Assembly: GCA_041687695.1 (NCBI GenBank)
Contig: JAWLBL010000014.1
Span: 96,001 to 160,000, forward strand
From: Myxococcota bacterium
GTDB lineage: Bacteria > Myxococcota_A > UBA9042 > PHBI01 > JAWLBL01
Reading direction: 5' to 3'
Length of the DNA: 64,000 nucleotides
The notes below the pieces were generated by a model, which was given only the letters and a program-made list of their open reading frames with translations, ran no database searches and had not been told where the DNA came from. The position numbers and the translations under genes are program-made. Below, one piece after another: positions 1 to 10,232 of the stretch; the first letter of the stretch is position 1; each line of letters begins with the position of its first letter.

Positions 1-1380
1 TCGCTCGACGCCTTCGCTGAGGCCCGCCTCCCCGAGGCCGGCCACGTCAGCCAGGCCGGCGAGTCGGCCCCGCCCCTGGCGCCCGTGGACGTCGTGGCCC
101 TGCTCGACCAGCGCCGCGCCGAGCTCGGCCTGCCGCCGCTCGGTCGCTCGCCCGAGCTCGCCGCCGCCGCGACGGCGCACGCCGGCTTCCTGGCGGCCCA
201 CGCCCCCGTCTATGACGCCACCGGCCTGTCGTGGCACCTGCAGCGCGAGGACCTGCCGGGCTACACCGGCGAGACCCCGGCCGACCGCGCCGCCCACTTC
301 GGCCACGCCGGCCCGGCCCCCGAGGAGGTGGTCGCCGCGCGCCCCCACGCGGCCGCCGCGCTGCGCGACTGGCTCGACTCGCTCTACCACCGCCTTCCCC
401 TGCTCGCGCCCCACGCGACCGCGGGCGCCGGCGACCACGCTGGCTTCCACGTGCTCGAGACCGCCTCCGCCGCCCCCGCCGGCACCGCGCCGCACGTCGT
501 CTATCCGCCCGCCGGCGCCGACGACGTCGCCCCGGCCTGGGACGGCAACGAGCTGCCGCGCCCGCCCGCGCCGCCCGCCGGCTTCCCCAGCGGCCCCGTC
601 ATCACGCTCCAGACCCCGGCGACCGCGCTGACCCTCCTCGAGGCCACGCTCACGCCGGCCGGCGCCGCGGCCGCCCTGCCCGCCCAGGCCCTGACCGCCG
701 CCAACGACCCCCACCTGCCCCCGGGCGTCGCCGCCCTCGTCCCCCACGCCCCGCTCGCCCCCGATCACACCTACGACGTGCGCCTGCGCGGGCTCGCCGA
801 CGGCGTCCCCTTCGATCACCGCTGGTCCTTCACCACCGCCCCCGAGCGCTGCGACCCCGCGAGCGACCGCTGCGGGCTGGGCCGCGCCTGCTACCCGGGC
901 CCGGGCGGCCCCGAGTGCCGTCCCACGGGCGCCGCGGCCCAGGGCGAGGCCTGCGGCGTCCCCAACGACTGCGCGGCCGGGCTGACCTGCCTGGGCGCCC
1001 GTTGCACCCCGGTCTGCACCCCAGACACCTCGGCCGCGGCCCACGGCGCCTGCGATCGTTGCGTCCACGGCTGGCTCGACGTCGGCGGCCTCGGCGCCTG
1101 CCTGCCTCCGCCGTGCCTGGACGGGCCGGCGGCCTGCGGGGCCGACGAGGCCTGCACCTGGATGGGCGGCTTCGTGTGCGCCCGGCGCGGCGTCGTGCCC
1201 CAGGGAGCCCCCTGCGAGGCCGCCGACGCGTGCGCGCCCGGGCTCGCCTGTCTCAGCCTGGGGGGCGGCTACCGCTGCCGCGCGCTGTGCGGGGCGGGCG
1301 GGCTGCCGCCGTGCCAGGGCGCCTGCGAGGCCGGATCCGCCCCGTTGGGCGACCCCTCGGGGGCGGCCGTCTGCCTGTGA
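1..1380 (+). CDS. CAP/SCP-domain protein with Ig-like middle domain and Cys-rich C-terminal repeats (5'-partial)
   Basis: Frame is open from base 1. CAP-like motifs RAELGLPPL, AAAATAHA, TPADRA, WLDSLYHRLPLL; Ig-like end HTYDVRL..HRWSFTT; then many CxxGxxC repeats. Confidence 0.7.
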   Translation, partial: SLDAFAEARLPEAGHVSQAGESAPPLAPVDVVALLDQRRAELGLPPLGRSPELAAAATAHAGFLAAHAPVYDATGLSWHLQREDLPGYTGETPADRAAHFGHAGPAPEEVVAARPHAAAALRDWLDSLYHRLPLLAPHATAGAGDHAGFHVLETASAAPAGTAPHVVYPPAGADDVAPAWDGNELPRPPAPPAGFPSGPVITLQTPATALTLLEATLTPAGAAAALPAQALTAANDPHLPPGVAALVPHAPLAPDHTYDVRLRGLADGVPFDHRWSFTTAPERCDPASDRCGLGRACYPGPGGPECRPTGAAAQGEACGVPNDCAAGLTCLGARCTPVCTPDTSAAAHGACDRCVHGWLDVGGLGACLPPPCLDGPAACGADEACTWMGGFVCARRGVVPQGAPCEAADACAPGLACLSLGGGYRCRALCGAGGLPPCQGACEAGSAPLGDPSGAAVCL

Positions 1381-1387
1381 GGCGGCC

Positions 1388-2953
1388 TCAGCGCCAGCGC
1401 ACCGCGCCCAGCTGCTGGGCCCAGGCGAAGTAGCGCTCGCGGCTCGCGACCCGCTCGCGCCGGGTCGGCATGCGCTCGATGAAGCCGCGACGCTGCGCCA
1501 GCGCCAGCAGCTCGGGCTGTCCGAACGGCAGGTTCATCCCCTTGTCGAAGGCGCCGCGCGGCAGCTCGACGGGCGGCAGCGCCGGCGGCGCCGGCCGCGC
1601 CGCGTCGGGCACGAGCTCCAGCGTCAGCGCGTCGGCGATGTCGCCCGCCAGGGCGGCGCGCTCGTTGAGCTGCGGAAGGTCGAACACGTCGCACAGCAGC
1701 CGCGGCACCGACGCGTGGTCCAGCACGGTGTGGCAGACGGCGCCGCGGCGCGCCAGCGGCCCCATCACCAGCGCCGGCACGCGGAAGCCCAGCTGGTCGA
1801 AGCCCTCGGCCGCGCGCGCGTCGCCCAGCGCCTTGGGCGGCGCCACGTGGTCGTGGAAGCCGCCGTGCTCGTCGTAGAACACCACCATCAGGCAGCGGTC
1901 CCACTGCGGCGACTGGCGCAGGGCCTCGTAGATCGACTGCACGAAGGCCTGCCCCTCGCGGATGTCGGCGGGCGGGTGGTCGTCGCCGCCGACGAAGCTG
2001 GGCTCGACGACGCACACGTTGGGCAGGGCGCCCGCGGCCGCGTCGATGAAGAACTGCTCCCAGGGGGCGGCGTTGTGCTGCTCGAGCGGCAGCGACTCCA
2101 GGGTCAGGGCGAAGTAGACGGGGATGTCGGCGTGGTAGTGGGCGTAGGTGTAGCCGTGCTGGCTCAGCAGGGTGTACGGGTTCGGCGCCGAGATCGGGCT
2201 CGAGTTGCCGAGGAGGCCTTCCGAGGTGGCGCAGTGGCTGTAGAAGCGGTTGGGCCAGGTCGGCGCCAGCAGCGAGGCGTGCCAGCGATCGCAGACGGTG
2301 AAGGCGTCGGCGAGGCCATAGAAGGCCGGCAGCTGCTCGCGCCCGTAGTAGGTCATGACGAGATCGAGCGGGCTCTCGGTGTCGTTCAGCTCGGCCAGCT
2401 CCTCCTCGAAGGAGCGCACGAAGCCGTCACAGGCGCCCTGGGCCCACTGGGCGAGGCACGCCTTGCGGCCGTGCGGCGGGTCGGGCTGAAGCGCGAACTG
2501 CTTGGTCTCGTGACGGATGGCGACAGCCTGGCCCGCGTGGGTCGGGTTCGACAGGCCGGCCACGAGGCCCTCGACGTCCTTGCGCCCCTCGAGCAGCGCA
2601 AGCGCCCCGAAGTAGTGGTCGAACGAGCGGTTCTCCATCTGCACGACGACGACCGTGTCGATGTAGTGCAGCGGGCTCGAGCCGTCGCCGCGCAGGGGCT
2701 GGAGGCCCGGCTCGGGCGGCGTCGTCTCGTCGAGCGACACGTCCGGCCCGTGGCCTTCGTCGGGCCCGCTGGCCGCATCCTGCTGGACGTCGTGCGCGTC
2801 GTCGGGACCGGCGTCGACGCCAGCGCTCGCGGCCTCCCCGTCACACCCCGGCAGCTGGCCCAGCACCGCCGCCGCTCCCGCCGCCGCCCCCACCCGCTGC
2901 AACCACTCGCGCCGGCTCAGCCCCTGGGCCCCCGGCTTGCGCTCGTCCGACAT
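1388..2953 (-). CDS. Phosphoesterase / non-hemolytic phospholipase C family, Tat-exported
   Basis: Twin-Arg signal SRREWL; motifs MENRSFDHYFG, PTWPNR, DDHPP, YDEHGGFHDHV, LGFRVP; ATG at 2953 with GGAGG upstream. Confidence 0.85.
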   Translation of the reverse strand: MSDERKPGAQGLSRREWLQRVGAAAGAAAVLGQLPGCDGEAASAGVDAGPDDAHDVQQDAASGPDEGHGPDVSLDETTPPEPGLQPLRGDGSSPLHYIDTVVVVQMENRSFDHYFGALALLEGRKDVEGLVAGLSNPTHAGQAVAIRHETKQFALQPDPPHGRKACLAQWAQGACDGFVRSFEEELAELNDTESPLDLVMTYYGREQLPAFYGLADAFTVCDRWHASLLAPTWPNRFYSHCATSEGLLGNSSPISAPNPYTLLSQHGYTYAHYHADIPVYFALTLESLPLEQHNAAPWEQFFIDAAAGALPNVCVVEPSFVGGDDHPPADIREGQAFVQSIYEALRQSPQWDRCLMVVFYDEHGGFHDHVAPPKALGDARAAEGFDQLGFRVPALVMGPLARRGAVCHTVLDHASVPRLLCDVFDLPQLNERAALAGDIADALTLELVPDAARPAPPALPPVELPRGAFDKGMNLPFGQPELLALAQRRGFIERMPTRRERVASRERYFAWAQQLGAVRWR

Positions 2954-3199
2954 CGTCCCCTCCTGCCTACGGCGCCCCGAAGATAGCCCAAGCCGCCCGC
3001 TCGTGTGTGACTTGGCGGTGGCGGATCCGTCACTTCTGGCGCCCGGACCGCGCGCCATCCGCGCGCCGGCATGACCGCGAGGCGGCGGTTGTTGCTCTGG
3101 TAGCAGCCCGCCGTGCACGGCCCCGAGGCGCCCTCCGCCCTTCGGCTCGCTCGGGAACCGCCACGCCGGCTGTCACCCCGCCCTCCAGGAGCTCGCCCG

Positions 3200-4450
3200 A
3201 TGAAGCCACGCAGGTTGGCATCCTCCGCGCTGGCCCTCGCCGTCGTCCTCGGCGGCGCCGGCGTCCTCGCGACCCCGCCCGGCGATCCCGCCGCGGCGCC
3301 CATCGCCTCCGAGGCGACCGAGACCGCCAGCGACCGCCCCGCCGCGCCCGCGGCCCGCGAAGGCGACGTGCTCGAGGCCCGCGCCCCGGCCGACACCGTC
3401 GTGGCCATCATCGGCGAACGCCGCGTCACCCTCGCCGAGGTCGACGCCCTCGTCCCCGCCGACGCCCGGCGCTCGGTCGGCCGCTCGCCGCTCGGCCTGC
3501 ACCAGGTCCGGGGCGAGGTGCTCGACATGCTCGTCATGGAGATCCTGCTGCAGCGCCTCGCCGACCAGCGCGGCCTCGACGGCATCGACGCCCTGGTGCG
3601 CCGCGAGATCGACGACGCCGTCCCGCCGCCGAGCCACGCCGAGGTCCTGGCCTTCTACGAGGACAACCGCCACCGCATGCAGGGCCAGCCCTTCGAGGCC
3701 ATGCGCGACGGCCTGGTCCTGATGCTGCACGACCGCGCCAAGCGGCAGGCCTTCGCCGCCTGGATCGATCGCCTCAAGGCCGAGGCCGGCGTCCGCGTCC
3801 GCATCCCCGAGCCCCGCGTCCACGTCGACGCCGTCGGCCCCGCGCGCGGGCCCGCCGAGGCGCCGGTCACCATCGTGGTCTTCCTCGACTACGAGTGCCC
3901 GTTCTGCGCCAAGTCGTTCAAGGCCCTCGAGCTGGTCCAGCGCTCCTTCCCCAGCGATGTGCGCCTGGTCGTCCGCGACCTCCCCCTGCCCTCGCACCCC
4001 AACGCCGCCCGCGCCGCCGAGGCCGCTCGCTGCGCCGCCGAGCAGGACCAGTTCTGGGGGCTGTCGCCGCTCCTGTTCGCCGCGCGCCTCGATCTCACGC
4101 CCGTCACCACCCTGGCGCGGCAGGTGCGCGGCCTGGACGTCGCGGCCCTCGAGGCCTGCCTCGACAGTGGCCGCCACCGGGACGCCATCCGCAAGGACGT
4201 CGCCGCCGCCGAGCGCCTGGGCATCGACGGCACCCCGACCGTCTTCGTCAACGGCCGCGTGGTCGCCGGCGCCGTGTCGGTCGGGACCTACCGCACCATG
4301 GTCGACGAGGAGATGGGCCGGGTGCCGCTCAAGCTCGACGCCCCGCTCGAGGCCCGGGCCGCCACGCCGCCGCCCCCCCAGGCGGCCCCCGAGGCGCCGA
4401 CGCCGGCCGAACCGCCCGTGCCTACGCCCGCCGAGACCGCCGCCGACTGA
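3200..4450 (+). CDS. DsbA-like thioredoxin-fold protein with SurA-N-like helical domain
   Basis: Signal peptide; GPAEAPVTIVVFLDYECPFC; cis-Pro loop GTPT; SD GGAG before ATG 3200. Confidence 0.85.
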   Translation: MKPRRLASSALALAVVLGGAGVLATPPGDPAAAPIASEATETASDRPAAPAAREGDVLEARAPADTVVAIIGERRVTLAEVDALVPADARRSVGRSPLGLHQVRGEVLDMLVMEILLQRLADQRGLDGIDALVRREIDDAVPPPSHAEVLAFYEDNRHRMQGQPFEAMRDGLVLMLHDRAKRQAFAAWIDRLKAEAGVRVRIPEPRVHVDAVGPARGPAEAPVTIVVFLDYECPFCAKSFKALELVQRSFPSDVRLVVRDLPLPSHPNAARAAEAARCAAEQDQFWGLSPLLFAARLDLTPVTTLARQVRGLDVAALEACLDSGRHRDAIRKDVAAAERLGIDGTPTVFVNGRVVAGAVSVGTYRTMVDEEMGRVPLKLDAPLEARAATPPPPQAAPEAPTPAEPPVPTPAETAAD

Positions 4451-4453
4451 CGC

Positions 4454-5227
4454 TCAGCCCGCGAGCAGCCGCCGCGCCGCCCCGTCGAGCGCGGCGTTGG
4501 TCGCCACCGCGTCGCCGCCGTGGATCGTGCGTCGGCCGGTCCAGTCCGTGAACCTGCCGCCGGCCTCTTCGACGATGGGCAGCACGGCGGCGCAGTCCCA
4601 GGCGTTCATCCGGGCGTCGACGGCCACCTCGGCGCGCCCCGTGGCCACCAAGACGTAGCCGTAGCAGTCGGCCCAGGTGCGCACCAGGCCGGCCTCGTCC
4701 GACAGCGCCGCCCAGCCGCCGGGCCGCGCCGCCGCCTCGCGCGGGTCCGTGACGACGACCAGCGCCTCGTCGAGCCGGTCGACACCCGAGACGCGGCAGG
4801 TGCGCCCGTTCCAGGTGCAGCCCAGGCCCTGCGCAGCGGCCACCACCTCGCCCAGGGCCGGCATCGAGACGACGCCGACCACCGGCTCGCCCTCGCGCTC
4901 GACGCCGACCAGCGTCCCGTACAGCGGCACGCCTTGCACGAAGGTCTTGGTGCCGTCGATGGGGTCCAGCAGCCACCGATACGGCGCGGCCCCGGCGCGC
5001 TCGCCGTGCTCCTCGCCCAGGATCGCGTGGTCCGGGAAGGCCCGCTCGACGATCTGCCTCATGACGCGCTCGGCGTCGCGGTCGGCGGCGGTGACCGGGC
5101 TGCCATCGGCCTTGCGCTCGGGCTCGAGGCGCTCGCCGAACCAGGCCAGGGTGCGGCGACCGCCGACCAGGGCGGCCTCGGTCGCGACGTCGAGCAGCTC
5201 GCGGAGGGGGACGTCACGGCGGGCCAC
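4454..5227 (-). CDS. hisN: Histidinol-phosphatase (inositol monophosphatase family)
   Basis: KADGSPVTAAD, GEE, WLLDPIDGTK, DCYGY, WDCAA, EEAGGRFTDW motifs. Confidence 0.8.
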   Translation of the reverse strand: MARRDVPLRELLDVATEAALVGGRRTLAWFGERLEPERKADGSPVTAADRDAERVMRQIVERAFPDHAILGEEHGERAGAAPYRWLLDPIDGTKTFVQGVPLYGTLVGVEREGEPVVGVVSMPALGEVVAAAQGLGCTWNGRTCRVSGVDRLDEALVVVTDPREAAARPGGWAALSDEAGLVRTWADCYGYVLVATGRAEVAVDARMNAWDCAAVLPIVEEAGGRFTDWTGRRTIHGGDAVATNAALDGAARRLLAG

Positions 5228-5239
5228 GGGGCGCTCCTG

Positions 5240-6586
5240 TCAGAGGGTGAAGACGAGATAGTGCATCAGCTTCACGATGTCTTCAGTGGCCTGGGCGTCA
5301 TTGTGGAAGTTCGTGTAGATGACGCGGCCGGCCTCGGGGCCCGGCTTGTACGACAGGACCAGCGGGATCGTCGCGTTCAGCGGGTACTGCGAGAGCGGCC
5401 CCTGCACGACCTTGGCCTGGACGTGGACCATGGTTCCCGTCCCGGCGGCCTGCGGGGCGATCTGCGGCCCCTTGTCGATGTGCACCTGCAGGGTCTGCTT
5501 GCCCAGGTAGGCGGCCATCGCGCCGTCGAGGATCTCGCCGGTCAGCGACTGCTCCAGGAGCTGCTGCGGGCTGCCCTTTTTGTACATGTCCATCACGTCG
5601 TCCGACCCGAAGTACTCGATGGCGTCCGGGAACCCGTACTCGCCGTAGACCCAGGCGTAGTCGCTCATCCACAGCGATCCGCCGCCCTCGACGAACTGCA
5701 CGAGGTTGTCCATCACCTCGGGGTGATCCTGCGGCATCCAGCCGTTGTAGGTGCCGCAGGCCGCGAAGACGATGTCGTACTGGCCCAGGGCGATCGGATC
5801 GGCCAGCAGCGCGAGGATGGTCCCCTCGCCCTCGCCGGTGTCTTCGGGGGTGTAGAGATCGTAGCCGAAGCCCAGCTGCGCGACGATCCCCCCGAGATCG
5901 TCCCAGTTGCCGTCGAGCACGGCGATCTTCGTCTTGGTCGCCTGGAAGCACAGCTTGTAGGCGGCGCCGCTGGTGTCGGTGGTGTGGCCCGTCTTCACCT
6001 GCACCGCGGCCTGGGTCGAGAACGACCCCTTCTGGATGACCAGGGTGTGCTGGCCGCAGGGCACCTGGTCGAACTGATAGCGGCCGTCCTTGTCGCTCTT
6101 GACCGACAGCGTGATCGGCTTGCCGTCGCAGTCGAAGGTCTGGATCGTGACCTTGGCGTCGTTGACGTAGATCTGCTCGTTGGGCGCGCAGACCACGCCC
6201 TTGACGGCGCCGTAGCCGCAGGGCTCGCAGGTGCCGGTCGCGGGCGGCGTCTCGGGCTGAGCCGGCGCGTCGGTCGGGGGCGCGGTCGCGTCCTGGACGA
6301 CGTCCTCGGCGACATCGGCGACGTCCTCGACCATCGCGTCGTCGAGGCCCTTGCCGTCACCTTCGGCGTCGCCGCCGTCTCCGCACACGCCCTGCCCCCA
6401 GCAGTCCTGATCGCCGCAGTCGGTCCAGCCGTCTCCGTCGTTGTCCAGGCCGTCGCTACAGGCGGCCGCGCCGGCCTCCGTTCCCCCGGCCCCGCCGGTG
6501 GTCGCGTCCGAGCACGCCGCCGCCAGAGCCAGCCCCGCGGCGGCCAAGACCCACGCCCAACGCCCACTGACCGCGTCCCGCGCCAT
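5240..6586 (-). CDS. Lipoprotein with DxDxDG Cys motif, carboxypeptidase-regulatory-like domain and C-terminal alpha/beta domain
   Basis: Lipobox LAAAC; CSDGLDNDGDGWTDC; SDKDGRYQFDQVPCGQHTLVI; GRVIYTNFH. Confidence 0.7.
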   Translation of the reverse strand: MARDAVSGRWAWVLAAAGLALAAACSDATTGGAGGTEAGAAACSDGLDNDGDGWTDCGDQDCWGQGVCGDGGDAEGDGKGLDDAMVEDVADVAEDVVQDATAPPTDAPAQPETPPATGTCEPCGYGAVKGVVCAPNEQIYVNDAKVTIQTFDCDGKPITLSVKSDKDGRYQFDQVPCGQHTLVIQKGSFSTQAAVQVKTGHTTDTSGAAYKLCFQATKTKIAVLDGNWDDLGGIVAQLGFGYDLYTPEDTGEGEGTILALLADPIALGQYDIVFAACGTYNGWMPQDHPEVMDNLVQFVEGGGSLWMSDYAWVYGEYGFPDAIEYFGSDDVMDMYKKGSPQQLLEQSLTGEILDGAMAAYLGKQTLQVHIDKGPQIAPQAAGTGTMVHVQAKVVQGPLSQYPLNATIPLVLSYKPGPEAGRVIYTNFHNDAQATEDIVKLMHYLVFTL

Positions 6587-6719
6587 CGCCCACCTCGCCT
6601 CGTCTCGTCTCGTGCGGAAGCGCGGAGCCTAGGCCGAGCGCTCGTTCGGATCAAACCCTCCCGGCGTCCACGGCGCCGCAGCATCGTCCGCAGCGCGCGC
6701 GCCCCCCGCGCTCAGGGGC

Positions 6720-6748
6720 TTGCACGCTATCGCGCGATAGGGTAGACC
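6720..6748 (+). promoter_or_regulatory. Putative sigma-70 promoter of the tetR-MMPL operon
   Basis: TTGCAC (6720-6725), 17-nt spacer, TAGACC (6743-6748). Confidence 0.5.
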
Positions 6749-6776
6749 ATCGGCCGCCGCCCCTATCGGACGATAT
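6727..6776. promoter_or_regulatory. Two copies of a palindromic operator (likely TetR site)
   Basis: Perfect palindrome CTATCGCGCGATAG at 6727-6740 and near copy CTATCGGACGATAT at 6763-6776, just upstream of the tetR ATG. Confidence 0.7.
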
Positions 6777-6783
6777 ACCCGCC

Positions 6784-7509
6784 ATGGCCGAAGCCGACGT
6801 CCTGCAGCCCGCCGCCCCCGCCGCGACCAGCGCGCCGGCCGGGCTGCGCGCGCTCGTCGAGGCGCTGGTCGAGCCGCTCGCGGCCCGCCGCTTCGGCGAT
6901 CGGCACCGCGAGGTCCTGCTCGCCGCGATGCAGCTCATCGCCCAGCGGGGCTTCGCCGCCGCCTCCCTGCGCGAGCTGGCGCGCCGCGTACGCATCAGCC
7001 AGCCCAGCCTGTATCACTACTTCGACAGCAAGGAGGCGCTGATCGAGCAGATCGTCGAGGCCTACTCGGCCGAGCTCTTCGAGCCCCCCGCCGATCTCCC
7101 GCCCATCCGCTCGCTCGAGGACGCGCTGCGCTTCGCCATCGGCCGCGTCCGCGCGGTCTACGAGGACCCGCGCCACGCCGACTTCGTCCGCTTCATGTTC
7201 GCCGTCGCCATCGAGAAGCCCCGCTTCCGCGAGCTGCTCCGCGACCACTACACCGAGCGCGCCATCCGCCTGGTCGCCGCCCTCCTGCGCTGCGTCGCCG
7301 GCCCCGCCGATCTGCGCCCCCAGGACGCGACGCCGCTCGCCGAGCTGGCCATCAACGCCATCGTCCTGCGCCTCATCAACGAGCGCGTCCTGCGCCTCGG
7401 CTCCAGCGACGTGGACGACGACGCCTACGTCGAGTTCGTCATCGACACCGCCGTCCGCGGCGCACGCGCGCGCGCCGCCGCCCCAACGCCCCACCGCGAG
7501 GCCCAATGA
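6784..7509 (+). CDS. TetR/AcrR family transcriptional regulator
   Basis: HTH: AAMQLIAQRGFAAASLRELARRVRISQPSLYHYFDSKEAL. Confidence 0.9.
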   Translation: MAEADVLQPAAPAATSAPAGLRALVEALVEPLAARRFGDRHREVLLAAMQLIAQRGFAAASLRELARRVRISQPSLYHYFDSKEALIEQIVEAYSAELFEPPADLPPIRSLEDALRFAIGRVRAVYEDPRHADFVRFMFAVAIEKPRFRELLRDHYTERAIRLVAALLRCVAGPADLRPQDATPLAELAINAIVLRLINERVLRLGSSDVDDDAYVEFVIDTAVRGARARAAAPTPHREAQ

Positions 7510-10232
7510 GCCCTCCCGATCCCCTCGAGCCCGCCCACGAAGGCACCGGCAGCCCCTTCTTCGCCGCCTGGGGCCGCGCCGTGCTGCGCTTTCGCCTCCT
7601 CATCCTGGCGCTCATCGTGGCCGCGACCGGCTTCATGGGCTACTCGGCCGCGACCCGGCTGGTGCTCGACAACAGCGTCGAGGCCTTCACCGCCAGCGAC
7701 TCGCGCGCCCACGCCGTGCTCGAGCAGCTGCGCGACCAGTTCGGCCGCGACGACCTCTTCCTGGTCCTGGTCGAAGGCGACGTCTTCTCGCTGCCCTACC
7801 TCGAGCGCCTGCGCGCGCTGCACGACGAGCTGGCCGGCCTGGATCTCGAGCTGAAGACCCTCGGCGAGCGCCGCTCGGACCGCGAGCGCAAGCGGGCCGA
7901 GCTCCGCGGCGACCTCGCGCCGGCCGTCGCGACCCCGGCGCCGACCGCCGCGCCCGGCGACGAGCCCGCGACCGCGCAGGTGGACGATCAGGCCTTCGAG
8001 GCGCCCTCCTTCGAGGACGACGCCTTCGCCCCGCCCGACTTCGACGACGGCGACGCCACCGCGGGCGCCGCCGACGCCTGGGGCGACGAGGCCGGCGGGT
8101 CCATCGTCGACGAGATCACCTCGCTCGTGAACGTCCGCCGCACCCGCGCCACCGCCGACGGCATCGCCGTCGGCAAGCTGCTCGACCCGTGGCCGGCCGC
8201 CGAGGCCCTGCCCGCCCTGCGCGACGAGGTCCTCGGCGACGCCACCCTGGTCGGCCAGGTGGTCGGCAAGGCGGGCCGCCACTCGGTCCTGGCCATCCGC
8301 ACCCAGTTCATGAGCGAAGCCGACTCGGCCAAGGTCTATCAGGCCGTCGTCGCCATCGGCGCCAAGCACGCCTCGGACGACTTCCGGGTGTCGGTCTCGG
8401 GCCTGCCGGCGATGAACGCCTCGCTCAACGCCCTGATGCTCTCGGATCTCCAGCGGATGATGGGCATCGCGCTGGGCGCCATGTTCCTGCTGCTGGTCAT
8501 CCTGTTCCGGCACCCCCTGGGCGTGGTCGGGCCGGCCGCGGTCGTCGTCGTCGCCGCCGTCTGGACCTTCGGGAGCATGGCCCTGCTCGGCTGGTCGATG
8601 ACCATGCTGTCCAACATCCTGCCGGCCTTCCTCATCTGCGTCGGGCTCGGCGACTCCATCCACCTGCAGTCGGTCTACCGCGACGCCCGCCGCCGCGGCG
8701 TCGCCAACCACGACGCCATCGTCCACGCCGTCGCCACCACCGGTCTGCCCATCCTCTTCACCACGATGACCACCATGGTGGGCCTGCTCAGCTTCCGCTT
8801 CGCGACCACCACCGCCATCGGCGAGATGGGCACGATGGGCGCCTGGGGCGTCTTCGTCGCCTTCCTGTGGTCCGTCGTGCTGCTGCCCATCGCTCTGAGC
8901 TTCAACGCGCGCAGCCTGCTGGGCGCCCGCGAGGCCGGGGCCCCGGACCTCATCGACGGCTTCCTCGAGCTGTGCGTCCGCCTGTCGGGCACCCGCTCGC
9001 TGCGCGGCGGCGAGGCCGGCTCGCCCGAGGTCGCGCGCCGCAAGCGACGCCTCGTCCTGCTGGTCGCCTTCGCCATCGGCGGCGTCGCCATCATGGGCGC
9101 CAGCACGCTCCGCGTGTTCCACAACCCGATGAACTGGATCCCCATCGACGACCCGGCCCGCGTCGCCTTCGACGAGGTCGACACGCACCTCGGCGGCACC
9201 TCCAGCGTCCAGCTGTTCATCGAGGCCGGGGGCGAGCGCGGGGTCAAGGACCTCGAGCTGCTGCGCGGCCTCGAGCAGCTGCAGGCCCACGTCCTGGCCT
9301 ACCGCGATCCCGAGTCCGGCGACGCCGTCATCGCCAACGCCACGGGCCTGCTCGACATCGTCAAGGAGACCCACCAGGCCCTGCACGGCGGCGCCGCGTC
9401 CGAGTACCGCCTGCCCGACACCCAGCAGGGCGTCAGCGACGCCTTCTTCATGTTCGAGAACGCGAGCCCCTCGCAGCTCAAGCGCCTCGCCTCGACCGAT
9501 CTGAAGCGGGCCCAGGTGACGTTCCGGGTCAAGTGGCTCGAGGCGACCGCCTATGGCCCGCTCACCGCGTACGTCAACGAGGGCGTGGCCCGCTTCATCC
9601 CCGACGGCGCCAAGGCCCAGGTCCAGATCACCGGCTCGGCCTACACCCTCTTCGAGGTCGTCTCGGCGCTCATCGGCGACCTCATCAAGAGCTTCGGCAC
9701 CGCCTTCCTGCTCATCAGCGCCATGATGATCCTGCTGCTGCGCGACCTGAAGCTCGGGCTCGTCTCGATGGTCCCGAACCTGCTGCCCATCGCCACCATC
9801 CTGGGCCTGATGGGCTTTGCCGGCATCCCCATCGACATGGGCAACCTGCTCATCGCCTCCATCGCCATCGGCATCGCGGTCGACGACACCATCCACTTCC
9901 TGCACCACTACCGTGAACACTACCGCGCCCACGGCGTCGTGGACGACGCCATCCGCTACTCGATGAACCACTCGGGCCGCGCGTTGGTGTCGACCAGCGC
10001 GGTGCTGGTCGTCGGCTTCTTCGTCTACCTCGCGGCCAACATGTACAGCCTGCAGCGCTTCGGCATGCTCATCGGCCTGACCGTCATCTTCGCGCTGATC
10101 TTCGACCTGGTCTTCGCCCCCGCGCTGCTGCGCACCGTGTTCAAGGACCGCCCCCGCGCCGCCCCCGGCGCCGACACGCCCACCGCCAAGACAGGAGCTC
10201 CCGATGTCGCTGGTTCCCCGCAAGCTGCTTAG
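7506..10232 (+). CDS. MMPL/RND family transporter
   Basis: Two TM bundles with GLGDSIHL and GIAVDDTIHF; ATGA overlap with tetR. Confidence 0.9.
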   Translation: MSPPDPLEPAHEGTGSPFFAAWGRAVLRFRLLILALIVAATGFMGYSAATRLVLDNSVEAFTASDSRAHAVLEQLRDQFGRDDLFLVLVEGDVFSLPYLERLRALHDELAGLDLELKTLGERRSDRERKRAELRGDLAPAVATPAPTAAPGDEPATAQVDDQAFEAPSFEDDAFAPPDFDDGDATAGAADAWGDEAGGSIVDEITSLVNVRRTRATADGIAVGKLLDPWPAAEALPALRDEVLGDATLVGQVVGKAGRHSVLAIRTQFMSEADSAKVYQAVVAIGAKHASDDFRVSVSGLPAMNASLNALMLSDLQRMMGIALGAMFLLLVILFRHPLGVVGPAAVVVVAAVWTFGSMALLGWSMTMLSNILPAFLICVGLGDSIHLQSVYRDARRRGVANHDAIVHAVATTGLPILFTTMTTMVGLLSFRFATTTAIGEMGTMGAWGVFVAFLWSVVLLPIALSFNARSLLGAREAGAPDLIDGFLELCVRLSGTRSLRGGEAGSPEVARRKRRLVLLVAFAIGGVAIMGASTLRVFHNPMNWIPIDDPARVAFDEVDTHLGGTSSVQLFIEAGGERGVKDLELLRGLEQLQAHVLAYRDPESGDAVIANATGLLDIVKETHQALHGGAASEYRLPDTQQGVSDAFFMFENASPSQLKRLASTDLKRAQVTFRVKWLEATAYGPLTAYVNEGVARFIPDGAKAQVQITGSAYTLFEVVSALIGDLIKSFGTAFLLISAMMILLLRDLKLGLVSMVPNLLPIATILGLMGFAGIPIDMGNLLIASIAIGIAVDDTIHFLHHYREHYRAHGVVDDAIRYSMNHSGRALVSTSAVLVVGFFVYLAANMYSLQRFGMLIGLTVIFALIFDLVFAPALLRTVFKDRPRAAPGADTPTAKTGAPDVAGSPQAA

